Notes: generated by a model not told the origin, from the letters alone. A stretch of DNA of 64,000 bases from a bacterium (GCA_031385045.1 JANNBC010000052.1:117359-181358), one strand, 5' to 3'. Numbered from the stretch's first letter, positions 53,163 to 63,349 are shown. Made by a program: numbers and translations.

Positions 53163-54398
53163 TTGGTGAAGTTTGACCATCCCGTTAATGTTATAACTCC
53201 CGCACTAGAAGTGCCAGAACGTGGGGTCAATCCTCTCGGAGATAATAACTTTAGTCGAGTTAGTGCTGATCAATTACTTATTACAGAAACATCTAAAAAC
53301 CTACAGTCTTTGCTTCAGAGCGGTTTTCCTACACATCCGCTAGGCCTGCAAGAATTACATGAAACTCTAGGAGTTAGAGCTTTATATCTAGATTCGAATT
53401 CACAAATATCAACTGCGGAGCGATCCCAATTAACATTTGGTAAAGTATCTGATCAGTTTTTAGATAAATTAACTCAGAAGCTAGAACAAGGAACTCTCTC
53501 TGAGCAAGACTTAAGAAAATTGCACTTACTAAATTTACAATTACAATCGGGAGATTCGCTAGCAGTTGATTTTATAATGAAAGATTTTGATCGTCGTACG
53601 ATTGGACAATTAGATGCTGTAGTTCGAAATCATCAACGTTTTACTGAATTATGGAAACCAGAACCTAGTACTTTAAGTATTGATGATCAATTCCAATTAG
53701 TTAATGCTCGGGGAGTATTAACGAAAACATTGGAAGAAAGTGGAATAGTAGCTCCTGAAATTAATCGCCGCATTGCTCTAATTTACGATACAGCCAATGA
53801 GCTAGCATCTTTTGGAATAAGTGTTTCGCAGATTGTAGGACTGCTAAACAGTGATCACAAAAACGTGATTAAGTCGGATTTCTCTTTGGAAGAAAAATAT
53901 AAGTTCTTAGAAAGTCTGGATTACTTGTGTCATCAAAACCCAGCTCCCCTGGGGATTGGCCCTTACCTAGGCGCTATTTTTCATTCTAAAATAGATGTCT
54001 CAGGTAATATGCAGGAAGCAATTGTTGCGGCTTCTTTAATGAAACATGGATGGGTGATTCATGAACTATCCCATGAAGTTTATAGCCCTAGAACTGAACT
54101 GGATCTGATTGCCAGTCACGCTGGGGAGAAGTTTGTGATTGAAGTAAAGACCTCAACTTCCACCTTCATTCGTAAAAATGATCGGGCAACTGATAACCAA
54201 ATTACTAACTTACTTCATCACTGTGAATATCAACATGCTAAGCTAGGAATTGTCTGCTTAGATCAAGCGCGTGTCCATACCGATGGAGTTATCAAAGCTG
54301 TTACTGGAGCATTGCAACACCCAGAAGATATCTATAAAGTTTTTGTGATTACTAATGATGGCTTTGTCTATGACCTCCAAGGAAATAAAGCCGCTTAA
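53163..54398 (+). CDS. Hypothetical protein with C-terminal PD-(D/E)XK nuclease-like domain
   Basis: MQEAIVA...GW...ELDLIA...FVIEVKT. Confidence 0.6.
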   Translation: MVKFDHPVNVITPALEVPERGVNPLGDNNFSRVSADQLLITETSKNLQSLLQSGFPTHPLGLQELHETLGVRALYLDSNSQISTAERSQLTFGKVSDQFLDKLTQKLEQGTLSEQDLRKLHLLNLQLQSGDSLAVDFIMKDFDRRTIGQLDAVVRNHQRFTELWKPEPSTLSIDDQFQLVNARGVLTKTLEESGIVAPEINRRIALIYDTANELASFGISVSQIVGLLNSDHKNVIKSDFSLEEKYKFLESLDYLCHQNPAPLGIGPYLGAIFHSKIDVSGNMQEAIVAASLMKHGWVIHELSHEVYSPRTELDLIASHAGEKFVIEVKTSTSTFIRKNDRATDNQITNLLHHCEYQHAKLGIVCLDQARVHTDGVIKAVTGALQHPEDIYKVFVITNDGFVYDLQGNKAA

Positions 54399-54399
54399 A

Positions 54400-55029
54400 T
54401 TACGTAGTTGGTTTATGAGGACATAGATCGTTTAAAGGACATTCCCCACAAAGTGGATTCTGTGCTTTACAAACTCGACGTCCATGAAAAATTAAGCGAT
54501 GGTGCAACTCTTGCCAATCTTTTTTGGGAAAAATATTTTTTAATTCTTGTTCCACTGCCACAACATTTTTCCCTTGTGCCATGCCAAGTCTTTTGGAAAC
54601 TCGAAAGACGTGAGTATCAACGGCAAGGGCTGGGATTTTATTTTCACTAAGAATAACACTTGCAGTTTTATGTCCCACACCAGGGAGAGTCTCCAGATCT
54701 TTAAAGTTTAATGGCAACTCCTGATTAAAGTTCTCAGTCACCATTGTTGCCATTGCCTTGATATGCTTAGCTTTTGTTTTATAATAATTAACTTCTTTGA
54801 TAATTGTTGCAATTTTAGAGACAGGAGCCTTCGCTAATTCAGCAAAGCTAGGATAAGTTACAAATAATTTAGCAGTTACTTCATTCACTTTTTTATCAGT
54901 GCACTGAGCTGATAAACTAACGGCAACAACTAATTGATAATTATTAGAAAAATTAAGTTCTGAATGAACTACCGGATAGAGTTGTTTTAAAATTTTAAAT
55001 TGTTGGAGGTGTAGGGTACTCATATTCAT
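54400..55029 (-). CDS. nth: Endonuclease III
   Basis: LSAQCTD, LPGVGHKTA (HhH), VDTHVFRV, C-x6-C-x2-C-x5-C FeS motif. Confidence 0.96.
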   Translation of the reverse strand: MNMSTLHLQQFKILKQLYPVVHSELNFSNNYQLVVAVSLSAQCTDKKVNEVTAKLFVTYPSFAELAKAPVSKIATIIKEVNYYKTKAKHIKAMATMVTENFNQELPLNFKDLETLPGVGHKTASVILSENKIPALAVDTHVFRVSKRLGMAQGKNVVAVEQELKNIFPKKDWQELHHRLIFHGRRVCKAQNPLCGECPLNDLCPHKPTT

Positions 55030-55198
55030 TGATGCTGTGTTGTCATACCATATGCTTTTTAAAATTCAATCTAAGTAATCCAGACAACTTTAGTTTCTTT
55101 CTTAGCGATTAGTCTTGAGTAGTGATATTAATATAGTTGAGTAGAATTTCAATATTATTAGCTAGTTATATTTTGCATGAGTGGGTGGATAATAGATT

Positions 55199-55243
55199 TC
55201 CATTGACAACAAGTATCCATTTGGTATACTTGCTGTCAATGGA
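55199..55243 (+). promoter_or_regulatory. Sigma70 promoter (TTGACA 55203-55208, 16 bp, TATACT 55225-55230) inside an 18-bp inverted repeat
   Basis: tccattgacaacaagtat...atacttgctgtcaatgga (17/18 match) spans -35, -10 and the ATG at 55239. Confidence 0.8.
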
Positions 55244-55829
55244 GAATAGTGACATTAAAAAAATAAATCATTGGTCAAAAGATTTAAGAGGAGTCTTTAC
55301 TATCAGTGATCTAAAAGTACTTTTCGCAACCGACAGTGAAAAGTCAATTTTTAAAAAGATTGCTGTTATGATTAAAGAAAAAGTTTTAATCAAAGTTAAG
55401 CAAGGCCTCTACGCAATCCCGGAAGCGCAATTGATAGATCTTAGTAAACGAATAAATCCTAGTGCCTATGTTTCGATGGGTAGTATTCTAGCAGAGAAAT
55501 TAATTATTGGTTCGATTCCAGCTAGGAAATTACAAGCAGTCAAGATTGGGAGGCCACGAGTCTTTGTTACAAGTCTTGGCACTATTGAGCATTTAAGTTT
55601 AGCACCAAAACTTTTTTTTGGATTTAATGAATCTGAAGGATTAAAAAAAGCAACGCCAGAAAAGGCATTTTTAGATTGTTGTTATTTTTTCTATAAGGGA
55701 AGGGAACTTTCGTTCGATTTAGATACTGATGTTAATCATAACTTGTTAGATCAAAAAATAATTGCTGAGTACTTAACTAAGTACGATCAACGCTTTATTA
55801 CGTTTTATAAGAAAAAGTGGAGTAAATGA
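55239..55829 (+). CDS. AbiEi-like type IV TA antitoxin / transcriptional regulator (start re-assigned to ATG 55239)
   Basis: wHTH LIKVKQGLY, SAYVS, ATPEKAFLD; overlaps the AbiEii gene start. Confidence 0.82.
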   Translation: MENSDIKKINHWSKDLRGVFTISDLKVLFATDSEKSIFKKIAVMIKEKVLIKVKQGLYAIPEAQLIDLSKRINPSAYVSMGSILAEKLIIGSIPARKLQAVKIGRPRVFVTSLGTIEHLSLAPKLFFGFNESEGLKKATPEKAFLDCCYFFYKGRELSFDLDTDVNHNLLDQKIIAEYLTKYDQRFITFYKKKWSK

Positions 55830-56542
55830 TTAAGCAAGAGCAAGAACTATTAATCAGAGTGATTGATTTATTTGCTCAAAGGTTTAGTCAAAAAGCTATT
55901 TTGCGAGGTGGAATGGTTTTGCGCTTGCTTGGTTGTGAACGTTTAACTAATGATCTTGATTATATTTTTGTTCCCTATCGATCTAAGAATGAAATTGTCT
56001 CTGAAATTATTGCTGTATTAAATGAGATTCAAGATGCTGATATTGAGTATTCTATAAACTCAAAATGTTTACGAATAGTCTTAACGGTTATTGGTGTCTC
56101 TATTCAAATTGAAGTAAAAGTTGCAACAGAGTTATCTTATGAGATACTTTCTACCAAAGCCCTTGCGCAAGAGTATAATTATCCAACAAGGCTCATTCGA
56201 GTAATGGATTATTCTGTAGCATTCGCTCATAAGCTTGCTGCTTGGAATGAGCGGAGGTTGATTCGTGATGTTTATGATATCTGGTTTTTCTTAAAGTTGG
56301 GAGTTGTGCCTGATATTCAAGTACTAGAAAGGAGATTAGAAGAATGTAGCTATTCTAGATTGGTCAAAGATCAGGATAGATTCTTAGGTCAGGGAATCCC
56401 TCAATTCTATGAGTTTTTAATCACTAAAGTCCAAGCCATTTCGCAGGAGCAAGTCAATAATTCTCTAGGTGAATATCTTCCACTTGAGGAGCTGGCTGGA
56501 CTCGCTATGAAATTTAGGGCAGAGTTAGTAAAGTTAAAGTAA
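55826..56542 (+). CDS. AbiEii/AbiGii-family nucleotidyltransferase toxin
   Basis: LRGGMVL...RLTNDLDY, KLAA...RDVYD. Confidence 0.85.
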   Translation: MIKQEQELLIRVIDLFAQRFSQKAILRGGMVLRLLGCERLTNDLDYIFVPYRSKNEIVSEIIAVLNEIQDADIEYSINSKCLRIVLTVIGVSIQIEVKVATELSYEILSTKALAQEYNYPTRLIRVMDYSVAFAHKLAAWNERRLIRDVYDIWFFLKLGVVPDIQVLERRLEECSYSRLVKDQDRFLGQGIPQFYEFLITKVQAISQEQVNNSLGEYLPLEELAGLAMKFRAELVKLK

Positions 56543-56543
56543 G

Positions 56544-57026
56544 ATGAATAAACCAACCGAAAAAAAAGAAAAACCAATTAAAGTAGTCGCCTTAAACAAA
56601 AAGGCTAAGTTCGAGTACCATTTCATCGAAACTTTTGAAGTTGGAATTGTCTTGACTGGGGATGAAATTAAATCTATCCGCGCCAATCAAATTACTTTGA
56701 CCGAAGCTTATGTTCGAGCGATTGAAGGTGAGCTATTCTTAATTGGTGCACACATTGCCCCGTATTCTCATAGTTCAGCTAGAGAGTATAATCCTACTCG
56801 TACTCGAAAGTTATTAATGCAAAAAAAACAAATTATTAAATTACAAGTTCAAGTAAATCAAAAAGGCTTAACAATTGTGCCTTCTCAACTTTACTTAAAG
56901 GGAAGTTTAGCCAAACTAACAATTGCTTTGGCTAAAGGTAAAGATGCTCCTGATAAACGACGAACTGTCCAAGACAGGGAGCTAAAGAAAAAAGCAGAAC
57001 GCGCAGTTAAGATGCAAAGAGGCTAA
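56544..57026 (+). CDS. smpB: SsrA-binding protein
   Basis: NKKAKFEY, GIVLTGDEIKSIR, RTRKLL, AKGK..PDKR. Confidence 0.96.
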   Translation: MNKPTEKKEKPIKVVALNKKAKFEYHFIETFEVGIVLTGDEIKSIRANQITLTEAYVRAIEGELFLIGAHIAPYSHSSAREYNPTRTRKLLMQKKQIIKLQVQVNQKGLTIVPSQLYLKGSLAKLTIALAKGKDAPDKRRTVQDRELKKKAERAVKMQRG

Positions 57027-57039
57027 GTCTTTAAGCTAT

Positions 57040-59133
57040 TTAGGATGCTGCTAATTCTTCACGAATTATTTCTTGTTTAGCAGGCTTCGACCATTCGTTC
57101 AGCCTAGATTTCCAATCATTTAGAAAATCAACTACCTCCGGCTGAAGCTTATTCAGATTACTATCTAAAAAAGTTGTTATACTTCCAATATAATGATTGT
57201 TTAAGACTGTTAGAGTTTTAATCCAACCTTCAATCCCTAATTCATCTTGTTTCCAAGGGTGAATTAAATTTTCTCGTATCGAGTTATTTCCAATTTTTAG
57301 CTCCCTTGGGACTTTCCCAAGAAGTGGATGTCCAGCAGAGATTAAATTCTCGGGAGCAAGCATCTTTTCTGAGTTTTTGGGGTTAGCCAGGAGTAATTCT
57401 AAAACATTTAATCCAGCAAACTCTAACTCCGTAATTGCTCCAACATTTTGACTAGCGGTAGAAACAAACTTTACTCCGCTCTGACCCATCGCCTGATAAA
57501 CATCGAATAGTTTTTGATAAACTGGAGCAAATGCTTCTGGAATAATAAATCCACTCTCTGATCCAGGACCTTCTCCTGTAATCTGAGAGTGTGACTGCGC
57601 CCCTCCAATACTTGGATTTCCTTTAGTGGCTCTTGGCAAATCTAAATTAAGCAGTGTGGCGATGTCAGTGTCCAGGACGTGCAGTAATCCTGCACAGAGA
57701 CCAGGCGCATCTTCACTCCACTGACTACACCTCATTCCAATGTTTAAAACATGAACATCGATTCTTCCTGTGAAGCGACCATCAGGAATGAGGTTTGTAG
57801 GAAAAAAGATTCGGGGATTAGACTCAAACTGGGTGATATCAACTCTGCCACCCAATTCAAATTTAGGATAGTTCATATAAACAACGTCTGAATCTTTAGA
57901 CCGATTAAGCATTGCATCGACTAAATCAATACTAGCTTGTGTATCAGGCCTTAGAAATAGCGCCTGATTTTCAATATTTACTCCAGGCACTTCATTATTT
58001 TCTGCAGTAACCATAAAGATATCATCACCTGCTGGTTCAATCTGTGTCTTCCGAAGTTGCGCCATTAAATTTCCAAAGTTAAATGGCTTACTAAAAACTT
58101 TGGACATCTCTTCTTTAAAAGACTTTTTCATTTCTCTAATCTTTGGAGTAGTAAACGCAAGTTCTTTGTAATGTGAGAGGGCATAGATTAAATTAGACCA
58201 AGTTTCTGTTTTTCCAGCACCAGAAGCCCCTGTAGTAATCAGTCCTAGCTCTCCTGTCTTTGTTTTAATGCAAATTGCTGAGGCATGTAAGGGAAAGCGA
58301 TTCTCAGCTCCATAGGCTGCCGCATAAATAATTGCTGCATAGAGTGCCTTTTTCATTGCGGGCCCCGGATATTCTAAGTCCGCAATCATTATTGGAAATG
58401 TATCAACATCAAAGTGAGTTACTACCTGAGCAAAATGTTTTTTCGGATCGAAACCTGCTGTGCGACAAGATGCTTGATGATCTTTAGTTAAAATTGGATC
58501 GACAATAATTGCCCCAATCACTTTTTGATTTTCAAATAACTGATCTCGATAATCATCCACTATGCCTTGCAACATTCCACCAGCATGTAATAAGTAAGCT
58601 GATTCTTTTGGTAAGATCACGGCTATCGAGGTGCCATCAAAATTTGTTTTCAGTAGCCCTGTTACTAACTGCTCTTCAGGTGCTAGAACCTTTGATTCAT
58701 TAATTCTACGAATAATATCGGCACAATATGCTTGTGCCGAATTTGTAAAATCTTTACCAAATCTTTCTTGATACGATCTACTGCCCGCAATTTCTGGTCC
58801 ATTAATTGATGTCACGGCATCAGGATTTCTAGATGTTTGTCCAGGAGGAAAGGAGAGGGCTAGGTGTCCATCCATCAGGGGTGTTATGGTAACTCCTGAG
58901 GAATTTGTAAACGGAGTCATCCTGCCATTAGTTAGTTCTGCAACTAAGTCTCGGGTATCTTTTAAACTAAAGACATGATGGCTATTATTAATAGTCTGCT
59001 CAATCACAGCCCTCAATAATAACGGGGTAATTCCTTGAATACCAAGAGACTCATCAAGTATTTGGTCATTGTTTGGTGCTAATAATGGAGAAATTGGGTC
59101 AAAAGCTGTATCGCTAGACATAATCTCGTACAA
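57040..59133 (-). CDS. PEPCK/HPr-kinase-like P-loop protein (resembles DUF4914)
   Basis: YPGPAMKK, LHAS, GASGAGKTE (Walker A), GDD, NPR: the PEPCK-type motif order. Confidence 0.65.
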   Translation of the reverse strand: MYEIMSSDTAFDPISPLLAPNNDQILDESLGIQGITPLLLRAVIEQTINNSHHVFSLKDTRDLVAELTNGRMTPFTNSSGVTITPLMDGHLALSFPPGQTSRNPDAVTSINGPEIAGSRSYQERFGKDFTNSAQAYCADIIRRINESKVLAPEEQLVTGLLKTNFDGTSIAVILPKESAYLLHAGGMLQGIVDDYRDQLFENQKVIGAIIVDPILTKDHQASCRTAGFDPKKHFAQVVTHFDVDTFPIMIADLEYPGPAMKKALYAAIIYAAAYGAENRFPLHASAICIKTKTGELGLITTGASGAGKTETWSNLIYALSHYKELAFTTPKIREMKKSFKEEMSKVFSKPFNFGNLMAQLRKTQIEPAGDDIFMVTAENNEVPGVNIENQALFLRPDTQASIDLVDAMLNRSKDSDVVYMNYPKFELGGRVDITQFESNPRIFFPTNLIPDGRFTGRIDVHVLNIGMRCSQWSEDAPGLCAGLLHVLDTDIATLLNLDLPRATKGNPSIGGAQSHSQITGEGPGSESGFIIPEAFAPVYQKLFDVYQAMGQSGVKFVSTASQNVGAITELEFAGLNVLELLLANPKNSEKMLAPENLISAGHPLLGKVPRELKIGNNSIRENLIHPWKQDELGIEGWIKTLTVLNNHYIGSITTFLDSNLNKLQPEVVDFLNDWKSRLNEWSKPAKQEIIREELAAS

Positions 59134-59373
59134 ATTTAAGATATATTTTTATCTGCCCAACTAGCTTTTTAGTCAAGAAAATTCTGCCTTTTGGCGCTAA
59201 AACATCCTTAATCTCACTTTAATCCTTAATTAATTTAGAGCTGAAGCAAAGAGAACAAAATTTAGGATTGAATAGTCTCCAGTCTTTATTAAGGCCGGAT
59301 TTCGGATATGATGTTACACAAAACTAAAGCGCCCCATAACATTATCCAGAAGATTTTATTTTAAGTTGTTCCT

Positions 59374-62300
59374 ATGACACCTCTTGCCTCCCAAATTCAA
59401 AGAGAAGATTTAACCACTAAATTGCAAAACTACGATTCTACTCAACCTCTTGGGTGGGATAAAAGTAGACCAAATGAAGTTACCTTATCACTAAAAAATG
59501 GTGAGCAGTTAACAGTTGCATTCCCAATTGGAACTAATTTAAATGAAACGTTTTTAGCTGGAAGATTACCTACTAAATTAGATGAGATCTCCGGTTTAAC
59601 AGCACTAAACACAGTAGAAGGACTAGGTGTCCAGACAAGATCCCTTGCTAATGCAATCAATAATTACTTTGAAAGATATAATGCCAGTGAAGTCCTTCCA
59701 ATTAAAGACAACGAAGTTTCATCAATTGCCAGGTCAAATGTACCAAGTTTAGTTGATGAACTTCTTCAAAATACCGAAAGTCGCTTTGGAGTACGATCGT
59801 TTGTTGCTGAAAGTATTGCTCAGCTTGATTTTAGTGAAGCTCCATCTATTCGTCCTGAAAACGATTCGATTATCCTTTATCTTGTTGATAATGAAAGTGG
59901 AAAGCCTGCTTACTCCACAATTGATATTCTGTTGCCTAGAGGACATACGGTTGATTTACATGAGTTAGCAGAAACTATTTATGAGAATAAAAATCTTCCA
60001 GCCGCTGCTGCAAAATCAACTGAACAAATTGTTGAGAGATTAGAAAAATATTTAGCTAGTCATGGGATTACATTTAAAGATCTAGACTTTGATATCAGGA
60101 TGGATAAGGTTATTCAGCCGACTCCTAAGGCAGTCGAGCCAGTTAAAAAACCTGGATTTTTTGCTAGAAAATTTCAGAGTGCCGTAGATTTAGGGCGTAC
60201 TGCAATTTCCAAGTTGAGTAATGTTTTCACTGCCAAATCAGAAAACGTTGGTGGGCCAATTGATCAGGAAAGTGTTGCTAAACTTCAGCCAGCGAGATTA
60301 GCTTTGGCTAACTCTACCTCAGAAATACCAGCACCAGTATTAGATGTTAAGCCTACTGTTGAAACTAGCTCCTTAGCTACAAGCTTAAAGAAATTAGTTG
60401 CTGTACCAGTTGTTGAAATCAAAATCTTAGTTGATCGTTTAGCTGCTTCAAATTTAAAAGGAACCACGGAATATGCTGTTAATCTTGTTTCTGAAGCGCT
60501 AGGGATTGATCCTACAGAATTAAACCGCAAACATGGCAAAATCAATGTTTCTCCAGAAGTTGCCGAGCTAAGTGAATACAGAAAAGATAATCATATTTCT
60601 AATGGTAATAAACTCCGTGCCAAGTTTGATCAAGTTGTTGGTCAGTTAGTTGATTGGAAATCATTAGAGGCGGTTCGCTTAGAGAATCGTTCTGCCCTTC
60701 CTGTTGCTCAGTCATCTAAAGTAACGAGCCTTAGCAAATCATCAGTCATTGAAGTAGGTGGGGAGATTGTTAGTTCATCACCTACGGGAGGATTGTTGGC
60801 TAAAACTTTACAGTTAATTTCTAAAGTACCTTCAGTTCCAGAAATACTTTATGCCGTTAGCGGAAGAATTTCTGCAGAGCTGGAAGTAATCCAAAAATCA
60901 TTTGCTCGAAAGCCATCATGGGTTGCGGCTGGAATTGCTTTAATGGCATTTGCCTCTGCTGCTACTTCATTGGGAAGTAAAGGAAGCCAATCAGCTTCAG
61001 ATGATCTTCCCGCTCCAGCATTGAGTCAGTCTGGTCTTGGTTTAAATACATCTAATCCAACTGCCCCAACCGTTCAAATGACTCCCAATAATTCAGTAAG
61101 TAATTCTTTATCAGACTTAATCAGCATTAATACGGAACTTGCGATACCAGCGACAAGATCTTTAGGACTAGATGTTGCAGAAAAATTTGCAGAAGTAGCC
61201 GAAGCATTTAACTCGCGTCCTGTTGTTGATTCTAAGCCTGTTGTAGCTCCAGCTCCGCTAATAGAAGAGGCCAACCTTGTTGCTCAAAAATTCCAACAGA
61301 TTGCTGATGAGATTAATGCTAAACCTCCAGTTGCGATTCCAGTAGTTGCACCGATTGTTGAGAAAGTTGCTATGCCACTTAAAGATGTTATTAAGCTCGC
61401 TTACTATGCAGGAGTTGGTAATAACAATAAAGCTAATGGCAAGAAAGAATTTGAAAAAGCTAGTAACTTTTTAGTTGGTCAATTTGGAAATGATTTTGAT
61501 TTAAGTAAATTAATTAGTGAAGTAAAAAAAGATCCTTCAGCTACCAAACAACTTGACCCAGAATGGAAGACTTTCTTAGCTGGTGTTCGTAGTGCTGCTC
61601 CAAAAAAATCAGGGGAGAATTTAGCTCAAGCAAAACTTATTCAAGAGCAAATTGCAGCACGACTAGCAGTAGAACCTACTTCTCCGGAAAAATTTGAACC
61701 AAAAATAGCCAAATCTCCTGAAGCCACTCCAGCCTTAGAAGAAAAAACTCTTAAGACCTCTGAGCCTAAAGCTCAAGCTCAAACTAATCAGAACGAACAA
61801 GCTACAAGTAAGTCTTTAGATAGTCTACCTGATGCTACAGTAGAATTAGAGCAAGTCACTCCTAAGGATCTAGGTTTATTGTTGCGCAGAATTGCTGGCT
61901 GTAATCATAAAAATGCTGATCAAGAGCCAAGCTATTTAGTTGCCAGTCGTATCGGGATCTCTACGGAAGAGCTTGATTGGTTAAACAATTCGAAAGATGT
62001 TTTAGTAGAAGTTAGTTCGGGAATTTCCTCTTTAATTAAAGAGATGAATAATGGCACTATCAATACCAAAGAACTTCGCCGTTTATTTGACAACCTTGAT
62101 TCTCAAAAAGATGAAAAGCAAGTTAACTGGGCAGAGGTTGATCGCATTGCCAAGCAAAAGCTAGCTGACTCTTCCAGGGCTTCAAAACATCTTAGCTCTA
62201 ATTCTAGAGGTCATGCTACGGAGCAAGTTGAGACTAAGTTTCAATATCAAATGAACCGTAGTGCTGGCTTATTACGACCAACGGCAAGAACGATTGTGAT

Positions 62301-62466
62301 GAGTGAAAATGGTGCCCCAGTTGCTGCTTATACCGAAAGTGGCATTTTAAAAAGACAGGGGACTTATCTTTTTCAAGGAGGTGTTACTAACCCAAGATAT
62401 AAGACTATCTTGAATGAGAAATTTAAGAAATATTCTGGTAAAACTCCTGTAGACGAAGAGCTGTAG
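59374..62466 (+). CDS. Large hypothetical protein (1030 aa) with one central hydrophobic segment
   Basis: Long ORF, low-complexity Ser/Pro/Ala regions, WVAAGIALMAFASAA. Confidence 0.75.
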   Translation: MTPLASQIQREDLTTKLQNYDSTQPLGWDKSRPNEVTLSLKNGEQLTVAFPIGTNLNETFLAGRLPTKLDEISGLTALNTVEGLGVQTRSLANAINNYFERYNASEVLPIKDNEVSSIARSNVPSLVDELLQNTESRFGVRSFVAESIAQLDFSEAPSIRPENDSIILYLVDNESGKPAYSTIDILLPRGHTVDLHELAETIYENKNLPAAAAKSTEQIVERLEKYLASHGITFKDLDFDIRMDKVIQPTPKAVEPVKKPGFFARKFQSAVDLGRTAISKLSNVFTAKSENVGGPIDQESVAKLQPARLALANSTSEIPAPVLDVKPTVETSSLATSLKKLVAVPVVEIKILVDRLAASNLKGTTEYAVNLVSEALGIDPTELNRKHGKINVSPEVAELSEYRKDNHISNGNKLRAKFDQVVGQLVDWKSLEAVRLENRSALPVAQSSKVTSLSKSSVIEVGGEIVSSSPTGGLLAKTLQLISKVPSVPEILYAVSGRISAELEVIQKSFARKPSWVAAGIALMAFASAATSLGSKGSQSASDDLPAPALSQSGLGLNTSNPTAPTVQMTPNNSVSNSLSDLISINTELAIPATRSLGLDVAEKFAEVAEAFNSRPVVDSKPVVAPAPLIEEANLVAQKFQQIADEINAKPPVAIPVVAPIVEKVAMPLKDVIKLAYYAGVGNNNKANGKKEFEKASNFLVGQFGNDFDLSKLISEVKKDPSATKQLDPEWKTFLAGVRSAAPKKSGENLAQAKLIQEQIAARLAVEPTSPEKFEPKIAKSPEATPALEEKTLKTSEPKAQAQTNQNEQATSKSLDSLPDATVELEQVTPKDLGLLLRRIAGCNHKNADQEPSYLVASRIGISTEELDWLNNSKDVLVEVSSGISSLIKEMNNGTINTKELRRLFDNLDSQKDEKQVNWAEVDRIAKQKLADSSRASKHLSSNSRGHATEQVETKFQYQMNRSAGLLRPTARTIVMSENGAPVAAYTESGILKRQGTYLFQGGVTNPRYKTILNEKFKKYSGKTPVDEEL

Positions 62467-62482
62467 TCTTTGAAACTTGTAG

Positions 62483-62515
62483 GCTAGGATTAAATTCTAA
62501 CAATTTAATCCTAGC
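62483..62515. terminator. 14-bp hairpin after the large ORF
   Basis: gctaggattaaatt-ctaac-aatttaatcctagc. Confidence 0.45.
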
Positions 62516-62799
62516 AAATTACCTTTGATTCAAATCTCCCGATTTTATTTATAAGGCCTTAAACTAACTCTGGCCGAAGTATTTCAACTTAATATCCAGT
62601 ATCTTCTTTAAAATCCCCCTTAAAACAGCATTATTTTGCATATTTTGCCGAATAATTTATTTATAATTATTTTCCTTTTTTTATAAAAAAAGGAGCACAT
62701 TTTTTTGCTTAGCTCCATAACTTGTATATACTTTGTCGGGATTCAAGAAAATGAATCCTTTTATAGAAAAAGATTTTATATATTTAATAGGTAGTAAAA

Positions 62800-63291
62800 A
62801 TGAATGCATTTACATCGAAAATAGCAGCGATATCACTAGCAGCAGCAACTCTTCCAAGTTGCACAAACTTAGGCACGGTTGCTCCAAGTTTGAAAGACCC
62901 TGCTAAAAGATCAACACCAGTTAGCCTTTTAACTTCAGAAACATCTGTTGAAGTTGTTGAAGGATCAAGAACTGAGATTTGTGCTGATGGTACAAGATGT
63001 TCAACTAGCAAAAGAGCAGTTGCATATGAAGAAACAAGAGCATCAGTTAGAAACCCTTCTTTGTTAGAAGCAGTAGTTTCTCCAGCATTACAAGGTGCTG
63101 TTGGTGCAGCTTTAATTCGACCGTCTAGAACTAATGTTTCACAGAAGGTTAGTAATAATACTAATGTAAATCAAAGCCAAAACCAGGGACAACATCAAGG
63201 TCAAACTGGTGGAACAGTAATTGTGCAACCACCACATTGCCCTCCAACTACTCCAGACTCTGGTACTGGACAACCTCCACGTGACCACTAA
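62800..63291 (+). CDS. Hypothetical lipoprotein
   Basis: Signal peptide with LPSC lipobox-like site; Gln/Asn/Pro-rich tail. Confidence 0.65.
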   Translation: MNAFTSKIAAISLAAATLPSCTNLGTVAPSLKDPAKRSTPVSLLTSETSVEVVEGSRTEICADGTRCSTSKRAVAYEETRASVRNPSLLEAVVSPALQGAVGAALIRPSRTNVSQKVSNNTNVNQSQNQGQHQGQTGGTVIVQPPHCPPTTPDSGTGQPPRDH

Positions 63292-63311
63292 TCAATAGAT
63301 TAGCTGAGTTG

Positions 63312-63349
63312 AAGCCCTGTATATCTGCAAAGGTATACAGGGCTTTTTT
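63312..63349 (+). terminator. Rho-independent terminator
   Basis: aagccctgtatatct-gcaa-aggtatacagggctt followed by a T-run. Confidence 0.85.

Noticed and set aside
55137..55238. N-terminal extension of AbiEi from the TTG at 55137
   Set aside because: It spans the promoter/operator; ATG 55239 fits better.
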